Source of the DNA: an uncultured bacterium
GTDB taxonomy: Bacteria; Desulfobacterota; Desulfobacteria; Desulfobacterales; JAHEIW01
Assembly (NCBI GenBank): GCA_965370395.1
Contig: CBDUUO010000001.1
Coordinates: 1-31,080, forward strand
Direction of reading: 5' to 3'
Length of the DNA stretch: 31,080 nt
The notes under the pieces are model-generated. The model was not told the origin of the DNA and did no database searches. It saw only the letters and a list, made by a program, of their open reading frames with translations. The position numbers were made by a program, and so were the translations under genes. Positions 16,188-24,857 of this stretch are shown here, in pieces; positions within the stretch are counted from its first letter, which is position 1; every line of letters begins with the position of its first letter.

Positions 16188-18290
16188 TTACCCGGAAGCT
16201 TCAGACGATTCTTCCTTTTGATCAGCCGGCGCCGTGTCTGTGTGCTCATAGCAGATCAATCCGCATTGCAGGCATCTTGAAGCTTCTTTCTGCGCCATAT
16301 CTGCTGAGAAGCCCCTTTCGATCTCACCGCATATCGCCAGCTCTTTGCCGCTGCAAATCGGCATGATCTGGCGCTGACTCGCCTGCACGTTTTCCACATG
16401 ATAGACATTTTGCAGGACCGATTGCGGTGCGATCACATGCTCCGTTAAATTAGGGGATAGCCCATGCATCACCTCATGAATAGATGCAGCTGCCCGACGG
16501 CCGGCACCGATTGCTTTGATGGCTGCGCTGTAATCCGCAAGCACATCACCTTCGGCAAACAATCCCACCTCATCTTTGAAGGCCGGTTGTTTGTAAGGTT
16601 GAATACCTTCCCAGTGCATAGACAAATTCGGTGGTGATTCCACGCCTTCGGCGTCTTCAGATTCAGCACCTTCCGGTTTTGGCCTGACAAAAACCAATTC
16701 AGGAAATCGGCCGGCGGCGAACACCAGTGTCTGAGCCGGTATGACTGTCCTTTTATAGGTATCGGCTTCAATATATTCCACCTGTTCGAGCCGATCAGTC
16801 TCTCCCAAAAGGCGGTTTATGGCTGCATGATAAATCACATTCATGCCTGTCAGACCGCGTTTTTGCACCTCCTCATCCGAAACGGGACTGTTTTCCCAGC
16901 TCTCTCGGAACAAAACGGTGATGGTCGTAGCTCCCAGTCCCTTGCAAACTTTAGCTGCATCAAGCGCCAGCTTGCCCCCGCCGGCAATCACAACATCGGA
17001 CTCAATCGATAGGGCCCCCGTCTGCCGGGCTCCGAATCGAATGAGATCCACCAGCATATAGGTTCCGGGAATCGATGATTCGATATCAACGGTCGCCCCG
17101 CGTACCAGACGGCTGTCCCAGCCTCCGGAAGCCAAAAAAACCGCATCAAATCCTTCCTGAATCAGTGATTTTATGGTGAAATCCCTGCCGAGGGTCTTTT
17201 GAGTTTCGACCTTAACGCCCATTTCAATGATGCCTTCAATATCCCAATCCAGTATCTCCTCGGGCAGCCTATCCTTTGAAATTGCGCTCCTGAGCAACCC
17301 GCCCAGTTTGGGGGTGGCTTCAAATACGGTTGTATCGTGTCCCAGGCGGGCCGTAAAAAACGCGGTTGACAAACCTTGCACGCCGCCGCCGACAACCGCA
17401 ATTTTGCGGCCGGTATCCGGAGCCTTATAGGGTAGAATGCGGTTGCCGCTTTCTTTTTCATAATCTGCAGCGTAGCGCTTCAAAAAATTTATGGCAACCG
17501 GCTCATCAATATAATTTCGGCGGCACTCCAGTTCACATGGCCGAGGGCAAATCCGGCCAATCACAGCTGGAAAGGGATTGCGTTCCTTGATGACCTGAAC
17601 GGCGCGATGATTGTTTCCCAGCGAAATTTGACGAATGTATTCCCGAATATTAATCCCTGCCGGGCATGCCCGCTGGCAGGGGGTCGTGCATTCTTCAGTG
17701 GTGTACTCCCGCATAATCCTTCGGGTAATCGATGACAGGTTAATAATATGCTTCGGGCACACCCGTTCGCAGGCTCCGCAGCCGGTACATTTATTTTCGC
17801 TAACCACCGGCAAACCTTGCGGCCCCATGGTAATCGCATCAAACGGACAGGCCCTGGCGCAAGTCCCCAGACCCAGGCATCCGATGGTGCATACCTTCAT
17901 GCCGCCACCCAGAAGTGCCACCGCCCGGCAGTCATCTAAACCATTATACACATATTTCGTATGCGCTTTCTGGACACCAAAATAACAGCCCGGCAAGGCG
18001 ATGTCCGGTTCAACCGCTTCGATTTTAACGCCCATAATGCTGGCAATGGCTTCGGCCACTTCCGGCCCGGCAGCCACACATGAGTTTGGTGCCGAAAGAC
18101 CGGCCACAACGGCCTCGGCATTGGCGCTGCAACCCGGCAGCCCGCAACCGCCTCAGTTGACACCGGGCAATTCTTCTTCAACTGCCAGGATTTTGGGGTC
18201 AACATATACGTAAAAAACTTTGGAGGCGATGGCCAAAATGATACTGATCATCAATCCCATGCCGCCCATTAATATGATTGCGTCAACCAT
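16188..18290 (-). CDS. RnfB-domain :: GltD/NfnB-like FAD oxidoreductase fusion, putative selenoprotein (U46), 700 aa
   Basis: ATG 18290 with GAGGT SD. TM helix MVDAIILMGGMGLMISIILAIASKVFYVYVDPK, then LPGVN-TGA-GGCGLPGC (the RnfB LPGxNCGxCGxPGC motif; TGA 18153-18155), CTIGCLGLGTC..CP, CTGCGACERVCP, CQRACPAG, CPRPCELECRR, GGGVQG and CLQCGLIC. Confidence 0.88.
18126..18141 (-). promoter_or_regulatory. Putative bacterial SECIS hairpin of the rnfB fusion
   Basis: 11 nt after the UGA: GCUGC-CGGGUU-GCAGC, a perfect 5-bp stem with the loop 16 nt from the UGA and G at loop position 2. Confidence 0.65.
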
Positions 18291-18323
18291 TAGAGTACCT
18301 CAGGAAATCAAATTTCAAGTGAT

Positions 18324-20111
18324 CTAAAATATGGCGTCGAATTTACACTTATTAAAACAGGTCATGCATTTGATGCACTTTTCCTTGTCAATAAAGGCAA
18401 CTTCTTTCTTTTTCCAGGTAATCGCTTCCACCGGACAGCTTCGGAAGCAAAGTCCGCATTTGGTACACATTTCCGGCTCCACCTCGAATTTTAAAAGCTC
18501 AATACAGCGTTTGGCTGGACATCGTTTTTCATAAACATGGGCTTCATATTCATCCTTAAAATACCGTAAGGTCGAAAGAACCGGATTGGGTCCGGTCTGA
18601 CCCAAACCACAAAGAGCCGCTTCTTTAATCGTGTCTGAAAGTTCCTCCAAGGTCTCAATATCTTCAGGTGTTCCCCGACCTTCGCAGATTTTTTCGAGCA
18701 GCTGTAAAAGACGCCGCGTGCCCTCTCGGCAGGGTGTGCACTTGCCGCAGGATTCGTCCTGGACAAAATCCATAAAAAACCGGGCCATATCGACCATGCA
18801 GGTATTTTCGTCCATCACGATGGCCCCGCCGGAACCCATAATGGCGCCCACTTTGGCAATTTCCTCATAGTCAATAGGAATATCCAGCTTTTCTTCGGGT
18901 ACGCAACCGCCCGAAGGCCCGCCAAGCTGAACGGCTTTAAATTTTTTCTTATTCGGGACCCCGCCGCCGATATCATAAATCATGGTTCTCAGGCTGGTGC
19001 CCATCGGCACTTCAACCAATCCGATGTTGTTGACATCTCCGGAAAGCGCAAACACTTTTGTTCCCTTGCTGCTTTCGGTACCGACACTGGCATACCATTT
19101 CCCGCCGTTCATGATAATCTGCGAAATGTTGGCCAGGGTTTCGACATTATTTAAAATGGTCGGTTTTTCCCATAAACCTTTGTGGGCCGGAAACGGCGGC
19201 CGCGGGCGCGGCATGCCGCGTTTGCCTTCAATCGATCTCATCAGTGCGGTCTCTTCGCCGCAAACGAACGCACCGGCGCCCTGGTAAATGTCAATGTCGA
19301 AGTCAAAGCCGGTTCCCAGGATATCTGTTCCTAGCAGCCCGTACTCTCGGGCCTGTTTAATGGCAATTCCCAATCTTCTGATGGCCAGCGGATATTCTGT
19401 TCGCGCGTAAATGTATCCCTGATGGGCATTGATCGCCCGGGCGGCAATCAGCATGCCTTCTAGAACAGCATGCGGATCAGCCTCCAGTATGCTCCGATCC
19501 ATGAAAGCACCCGGGTCGCCTTCGTCCGCATTGCACAAAACATATTTGATCTCGCCGGGACTCTTGCCGGCAAATTCCCATTTCAATCCGGTCGGAAAAC
19601 CGGCTCCGCCGCGCCCCCTTAAGCCCGACGTTTTTACCTCTGCGATGATCTGTTCCGGACTCATCTCCTGCAAGGCTTTGGCGGCTCCGAAATAACCGTC
19701 TCTGGCAATGTACTCATCGATGACCTCCGGATCGATGGCCCCCTTGTTGCGCATTGCCCAGAACACCTGGTGCTTGAAAAAGGGAATTTCGTTCATATTG
19801 GGAATGGTTTCTTTAGAGGCCGGTTCGACGTAGAATAGTTTTTTTACAGGACGGCCTTTGAGAAAATGCTCCTCGACGAGGTGAGGAACGTCTTTGGTTC
19901 TCAGTTTCTGGTAAAAGATACCTTCGGGCTGCACCAGCATAACCGGCCCGACAGCGCAAAAGCCATTGCAGCCGGTTTCAATAATTTTAATTTCATCAGA
20001 AAGCTCTCGGCGTTCCAGCTCTTTTTGAAGCGCTTCCTGAAACACGCCACTCCCACTTGCTTGACAGCCTGTACCACCGCACAACATCAACTGAGTTCTT
20101 ACCTTATTCAT
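18324..20111 (-). CDS. NuoF/HydB-like NADH-binding FMN Fe-S subunit, 595 aa
   Basis: N-terminal CGGTGC..GCNGFC [2Fe-2S], [57 protein letters not shown] and two C-terminal [4Fe-4S]. ATG 20111 has an AGGAG SD. Confidence 0.92.
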   Translation of the reverse strand: MNKVRTQLMLCGGTGCQASGSGVFQEALQKELERRELSDEIKIIETGCNGFCAVGPVMLVQPEGIFYQKLRTKDVPHLVEEHFLKGRPVKKLFYVEPASKETIPNMNEIPFFKHQVFWAMRNKGAIDPEVIDEYIARDGYFGAAKALQEMSPEQIIAEVKTSGLRGRGGAGFPTGLKWEFAGKSPGEIKYVLCNADEGDPGAFMDRSILEADPHAVLEGMLIAARAINAHQGYIYARTEYPLAIRRLGIAIKQAREYGLLGTDILGTGFDFDIDIYQGAGAFVCGEETALMRSIEGKRGMPRPRPPFPAHKGLWEKPTILNNVETLANISQIIMNGGKWYASVGTESSKGTKVFALSGDVNNIGLVEVPMGTSLRTMIYDIGGGVPNKKKFKAVQLGGPSGGCVPEEKLDIPIDYEEIAKVGAIMGSGGAIVMDENTCMVDMARFFMDFVQDESCGKCTPCREGTRRLLQLLEKICEGRGTPEDIETLEELSDTIKEAALCGLGQTGPNPVLSTLRYFKDEYEAHVYEKRCPAKRCIELLKFEVEPEMCTKCGLCFRSCPVEAITWKKKEVAFIDKEKCIKCMTCFNKCKFDAIF

Positions 20112-20131
20112 GCTGGACTCCTGCATGAGAT

Positions 20132-20280
20132 GATTGACTATTTTCGATTGACGATTGAATATTTAAGGATTTCAGCCTAATTGAAAATTTACTATTGAAT
20201 GGATAATGTTTAACCGAAAGCTTTAAAAATAAAATGATAGAATTCCTCCAATCATCAATTATCAATAGTCAATATTCAAT
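20132..20280. repeat. Heptamer-periodic imperfect inverted repeat between nuoE-like and nuoF-like genes
   Basis: GATTGAC-TATTTTC-GATTGAC-GATTGAA-TATTTAA-GGA ... TCC-AATCATC-AATTATC-AATAGTC-AATATTC-AAT. Confidence 0.85.
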
Positions 20281-20346
20281 TAACCCTATTGCCATGATCT
20301 AATATGTTTTTAATCTCAGATAATTTCATGTTGGTTAAAACGTTCT

Positions 20347-20841
20347 CTATTCGTACTTATTAAGGGTTTCAATGACTTTGTCGGCTTTGACAGCACCGTA
20401 AGTATCCTGATCCACCACCACAACAGGCGCCAGTCCGCAGGCCCCCAGACATCGAACGGTTTCCAGAGAAAAACGCCGATCTTCGGTGGTGCATCCTTCT
20501 TTCACCTGGTATTCGTTGCCGATACGGCTGATCACTTCTTTAATGCCCTTCACATAGCAGGCGGTGCCCATGCATACCTTGATCAAATGCCGGCCTTTGG
20601 GTGTCAGGTAAAAAAGTGAATAAAAGGAAGCAATTCCGAAAACCTCGCTGCGGGAAAGATTGAGGCCGTCGCTGATATAGTCAATCAACTCAACCGGCAG
20701 CCAGCCGACGACATCCTGGCATTCCCGTAAAACACCAATAATCGAGCCTGGAATGTCTTTGTTGTCGTCAATGATCTCATCAATCTTAGACCACATTTCA
20801 TTTGTAATATCGGAATGTTCAGGATAGGCGTCAAGTGCCAT
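20347..20841 (-). CDS. NuoE/HydC-like [2Fe-2S] subunit
   Basis: VCMGTACYVKG and VRCLGACGLAPV. GAGG SD. Confidence 0.92.
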   Translation of the reverse strand: MALDAYPEHSDITNEMWSKIDEIIDDNKDIPGSIIGVLRECQDVVGWLPVELIDYISDGLNLSRSEVFGIASFYSLFYLTPKGRHLIKVCMGTACYVKGIKEVISRIGNEYQVKEGCTTEDRRFSLETVRCLGACGLAPVVVVDQDTYGAVKADKVIETLNKYE

Positions 20842-20968
20842 TTACAGGTTTCCCTCGCTTACTCGCGTTTATGACGGATACGATTGAGCCGAATCGCAGA
20901 CAATCATCAAAGATGCGTCATCAATTACACAAAAAAACACTAGGTGGGGTCAATTGCATAAGGGAGTG

Positions 20969-20997
20969 TGTATGCCACAGTGTAATAAAAAAGTCAA
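20969..20997 (-). promoter_or_regulatory. Possible sigma-70 promoter of the nuoEF-like operon
   Basis: Minus strand TTGACT-17 nt-CATACA with an extended -10 TG. Confidence 0.45.
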
Positions 20998-21110
20998 TGA
21001 GAACATAATGTTTTCGTGCTTGATATCTGTATGCTTGACGGCGACAATTTGCTGAACTAAAATATCTTCTTCTCAAAAACAAACTATTTATACCGCTTTT
21101 CATAATAATG

Positions 21111-21186
21111 TTCCGAATTACGGAATTGGGGTGTAAGCGCTTGTACGGTTGTAGAAAAAAACGTTTGAATACCGGAACGTTTTTTT
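21111..21186. promoter_or_regulatory. Two palindromes upstream of the purine cluster (candidate operators or leader hairpin)
   Basis: TTCCG-N5-CGGAA (21111-21125) and AAAAAAACGTT-N10-AACGTTTTTTT (21155-21186). Confidence 0.35.
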
Positions 21187-21210
21187 GATAACCACTATAA
21201 GAGGGCAGCC

Positions 21211-22050
21211 ATGAAAAACATGAAGCAACGATTGGCGGAAACCATCGCTTTTATTAGAAGCAAGACCAAGGATGCGCCGTATATCGGTTTGTTAACCGGT
21301 ACCGGCTTGGGTGAAAGTGCCGAATCGATGGCGATCGACACGACCATCAAATATCAAGATATTCCGCATTTTCCCATCTCAACAGTTCAAACCCATATCG
21401 GCCGCATGCTTGCCGGTGATATGAACGGGTGCCCGGTTATTGCCATGCAAGGCCGGTTTCATCTATACGAGGGCTATAGTCCGTTTGAAGTCACTTATCC
21501 CATAAGGGTGATGCAGCAGCTTGGCGTAAAGATTCTGATCCTTTCAAATGCAGCCGGCGGCTTGAATCCTGAATTTACGCCCGGCGATATCATGCTAATA
21601 ACTGATCATATTAATCTCACCGGAACAAACCCGCTCATCGGTTCCAATGAAGACAGCTGGGGCACACGCTTCCCCGATATGACCCGGGCGTATGATCAAG
21701 CGCTAATCGCTGCGGCTGAGAGCATCGCCAAAACCGCCGGGGCCCATCTGCAAAAAGGAATATATGTGGGGCTCACAGGGCCTTCGCTCGAGACGCCGTC
21801 GGAAGTGAAATTTTTGCAGACCATTGGAGCCGAAGCCGTCGGTTTTTCAACCGTGCAGGAAGTTATTGCCGCAGTCCACAGTGATATGCGGGTGCTGGGG
21901 TTATCAACGATTACCAATGTCCATCATCCGGACGATCCAGTTCCGGCTACTGTTGAAGAAATCATTGAAGTGGCTAAAGGGGCGATTCCCCTGCTGGAAA
22001 CGATTATGAAAGGGGTTGCTGAAAAAATATATGAAACTGAAATCTGCTGA
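21211..22050 (+). CDS. punA: Purine nucleoside phosphorylase (trimeric PNP-I type)
   Basis: GTGLG, MQGRFHLYEGY, SNAAGGLN, DHIN, GPSLETPSE, VGFSTVQE and SxITN. Confidence 0.9.
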   Translation: MKNMKQRLAETIAFIRSKTKDAPYIGLLTGTGLGESAESMAIDTTIKYQDIPHFPISTVQTHIGRMLAGDMNGCPVIAMQGRFHLYEGYSPFEVTYPIRVMQQLGVKILILSNAAGGLNPEFTPGDIMLITDHINLTGTNPLIGSNEDSWGTRFPDMTRAYDQALIAAAESIAKTAGAHLQKGIYVGLTGPSLETPSEVKFLQTIGAEAVGFSTVQEVIAAVHSDMRVLGLSTITNVHHPDDPVPATVEEIIEVAKGAIPLLETIMKGVAEKIYETEIC

Positions 22051-23347
22051 TATCCTGGTTACAAACGGAACCGTCCTGACCTTGGATGCAAGCGATACCG
22101 AAATAATCAATGGCGCAGTTGCCATCGGCAAAGATGCCATCACGGCCGTCGGACCGGCAGATGAATTTTCCAGCTGGAGTGCAACACAGGTTATTGATGC
22201 TCACGGCGGAATCATCATGCCGGGGTTGATCAATTCACACACGCATGCCTCCATGACTTGTTTTAGAGGACTGGCCGATGACCTTCAGCTGATGTCCTGG
22301 CTTAATGATCATATTTTTCCGGCCGAGGCTAAACTGGATGATCAAAAAGTCTATTCAGGCGCCCTGCTGGCCTGCGCGGAAATGATTATGTCCGGCACCA
22401 CCTGTTTTTGCGATATGTACTTGTTTGAAGATGCAGTCGCGCGCGCCGCCAAAGAAGCCGGTATGCGGGCTGTTGTCGGAGAAGTCCTATATGATTTTGA
22501 CTCACCCAATTATGGACCCATCGAGAACGGATTTGAATATACCCAAAAACTGATCGATTCCTGGCAGGACGACCCCCTGGTCACCATTGCGGTAGAGCCG
22601 CATTCAGCCTATTTGTGTTCACCTGAATTGCTAAAAAAGGCATTCAAGCTGGCACAATCCTATAACCTGCCGTTTGTGATCCACCTAGCCGAATCCGAAA
22701 GTGAAGTTGAGCAAATTAAAGAACGCTTTGACCGGACGCCGGTGGAACATCTGGCTGAACTGGGCGTTCTGGCCCCCAACGTTCTTGCCTGCCATTGTGT
22801 TGAGCTGAGTGAAAACGATATCGCTTTGCTGCAGCGCTTCGATGTGAAAGTCGCCCACAATGCGGAAAGCAACATGAAATTGGCATCCGGCGTGGCACCG
22901 ATCCCCCGGTTAATCGATGAGGGAATCTGCGTGGGGATGGGAACCGATGGATGCGCCAGCAACAACGACCTGGACCTTTTTCTGGAAATGGATACGGTGG
23001 CCAAACTCCATAAGGCCAAAACCCTGGATCCAACCGTAATGGATGCCTCGACCGTATTAAAAATGGCCACCATCAGAGGCGCAAAGGCCCTGGGCTTCGA
23101 TCAGGTTATCGGCTCCCTTGAGACGGGTAAAAAGGCGGATCTAATCATTATCGACCCAAACAAGCCCCATCTGACCCCGATGTACAATCCGGTTTCCCAC
23201 CTGGTGTATACCGCCATGGGAAGCGACGTCACCACCTCAATCATTAATGGCACCGTCGTTATGGAAGACGGCAAGATTAAAACGATGGACATCAATAAGG
23301 TCATGGACGATGTCAACCGCATCGCCAGGGAAATAGCGGCGGGATAG
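22031..23347 (+). CDS. Amidohydrolase, MTA/SAH/5'-deoxyadenosine deaminase (MtaD/DadD)-like, paralog 1
   Basis: NSHTH, FRGLADDL, HIFPAE, PHSAY, HLAESESE, SNMKLASG, GTDGCASNN. ATG 22031 overlaps the punA end. Confidence 0.88.
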   Translation: MKLKSADILVTNGTVLTLDASDTEIINGAVAIGKDAITAVGPADEFSSWSATQVIDAHGGIIMPGLINSHTHASMTCFRGLADDLQLMSWLNDHIFPAEAKLDDQKVYSGALLACAEMIMSGTTCFCDMYLFEDAVARAAKEAGMRAVVGEVLYDFDSPNYGPIENGFEYTQKLIDSWQDDPLVTIAVEPHSAYLCSPELLKKAFKLAQSYNLPFVIHLAESESEVEQIKERFDRTPVEHLAELGVLAPNVLACHCVELSENDIALLQRFDVKVAHNAESNMKLASGVAPIPRLIDEGICVGMGTDGCASNNDLDLFLEMDTVAKLHKAKTLDPTVMDASTVLKMATIRGAKALGFDQVIGSLETGKKADLIIIDPNKPHLTPMYNPVSHLVYTAMGSDVTTSIINGTVVMEDGKIKTMDINKVMDDVNRIAREIAAG

Positions 23348-23377
23348 GTATTGCCTCGAGAATTTTGCTCATAACTA

Positions 23378-23535
23378 CTTAGTTGTTGCATTCGCTCAAT
23401 CGTCAATTGGAGGAGTGGAGCTATATATATTTTGGATTTCGGATTTTAGATTTTAGATTTAATGACCGACAAAACATCTGAGCATTAAATCTTAGCCTGT
23501 TTCAATCCGCAATCCAAATTCCAAAATCCAAAATC
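23378..23535. repeat. Composite intergenic repeat: head shared with the 29544 element plus a heptamer-periodic inverted repeat
   Basis: Head CTTAGTT..TTCGCTCA..CAATTGGA (23378-23420). Arms TTTGGAT-TTCGGAT-TTTAGAT-TTTAGAT-TTAATG / CATTAAATC..AATCCGC-AATCCAA-ATTCCAA-AATCCAA-AATC. Confidence 0.8.
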
Positions 23536-23546
23536 AGCGTGATCCC

Positions 23547-24857
23547 ATGCCTTACGATCTGGTGATCCATAATGGAACCATTGTTACCGTCAATGATTCA
23601 TTTGAAATTATCCCTGACGGTCTGCTTTGCATAAAATCGGGCAAGCTTCAGCGCGTCGGATCTTTGGTCGGCAATCAATCGCCTCCGGCGGCGGAAGAAA
23701 CCATCGATGCCGAGGGCGGTCTCATTATACCGGGTCTGGTGAACACCCATACCCATCTTCCCATGACCCTGTTTCGCGGTCTGGCCGATGATTTGCCGCT
23801 GGATATCTGGCTAAACGAGCATATCTTTCCTGCTGAAGGCGCTCATATCAATCCGAATAATGTTCGCTGGAGTACTCTATTAGCCTGTGCTGAAATGTTA
23901 CTTTCTGGAACCACCACGTGCTGTGATGGGTATTTTTATGAAAACACGGTGACTGAGGCCGTACAAACCAGCGGCATGCGGGCGGTATTGGCCCAGGGCG
24001 TGATTGACTTTACGGCACCGGGGGTGCCGGATCCGAAAGAAAACATTAAGATTCCCCATGCATTTGTTACTAAATGGCAAAACCCGTCTTCTCTGATCAG
24101 CCCATCGGTATTTTGCCATTCCGCATATACCTGCAGTGCCGAAACGATGAAACAGGCCAAAGCGCTTTGTGTTGAAAACGGATTGCTCTTTCAGATTCAC
24201 GCGGCAGAAACCCAAAGTGAGGGCCGACAAATCCAGGATGAACATCAGTGCACACCGATTCAATATCTGGACCAATTGGGCATATTGGATGAAAATACCT
24301 TGCTGATTCATTGTGTTTGGATCAATGATGAAGATATCGAAATTATTGCCGCACGCAAAGCCTGCATTTCCCATAACCCGGAAAGCAATGCCAAATTGGC
24401 CGCGGGGATCGCGCCGATACCTGAAATTTTGAGGTCCGGCATCACTGTTGGTCTGGGCACGGATGGATGTGCAAGTAATAACAATCTGGATCTGTTTCAC
24501 GAAATGGACATGGTGGCCAAACTACACAAGACTGCGACATTTGATCCAACCACAATGGATGCGAGAAGCGTGGTTGAGATGGCAACCATCGGAGGCGCCA
24601 GAGCCATTGGCTTGGGTAGGCATATCGGCTCTCTTGCAGTCGGCAAACGGGCGGACGTGATCATCATCGATACCCGAACCCCGCACCTGACGCCCATGTA
24701 CCATCCGGAGTCTCATATCGTTTATGCGGCGAAGAGCTCAGACGTGCGCGATGTCGTGGTGGATGGACGCGTCCTGGTTCGCAATCGAAACGTTCTCAGC
24801 TTGGATGTTGAGAAAATTATGCTCAAGGTCCGAGAAATTGCCCGTCATATCAAATGA
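23547..24857 (+). CDS. Amidohydrolase, MtaD/DadD-like, paralog 2
   Basis: NTHTH, FRGLADDL, HIFPAE, CHSAY, HAAETQSE, SNAKLAAG, GTDGCASNN. Confidence 0.88.
   Translation: MPYDLVIHNGTIVTVNDSFEIIPDGLLCIKSGKLQRVGSLVGNQSPPAAEETIDAEGGLIIPGLVNTHTHLPMTLFRGLADDLPLDIWLNEHIFPAEGAHINPNNVRWSTLLACAEMLLSGTTTCCDGYFYENTVTEAVQTSGMRAVLAQGVIDFTAPGVPDPKENIKIPHAFVTKWQNPSSLISPSVFCHSAYTCSAETMKQAKALCVENGLLFQIHAAETQSEGRQIQDEHQCTPIQYLDQLGILDENTLLIHCVWINDEDIEIIAARKACISHNPESNAKLAAGIAPIPEILRSGITVGLGTDGCASNNNLDLFHEMDMVAKLHKTATFDPTTMDARSVVEMATIGGARAIGLGRHIGSLAVGKRADVIIIDTRTPHLTPMYHPESHIVYAAKSSDVRDVVVDGRVLVRNRNVLSLDVEKIMLKVREIARHIK

Noticed and set aside
447-18155. Interpreting the three in-frame TGAs as nonsense mutations (pseudogenes)
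   Set aside because: All fall on conserved Cys columns, the frames are intact on both sides, and each has a downstream hairpin at SECIS distance. Sec is the simpler explanation.
13474-20126. ORF-track start positions 14172 (tag) and 20126 (nuoF-like); likewise 7051 and 22016
   Set aside because: Downstream starts (14034, 20111, 7072, 22031) give family-typical N-termini. The first three have clear Shine-Dalgarno sequences, and 22031 is an ATG coupled to the punA end.
18324-20841. Respiratory complex I (nuo) operon
   Set aside because: No nuoA-D or G-N genes are present, and the extra Fe-S domains and motifs are of the HydBC type.
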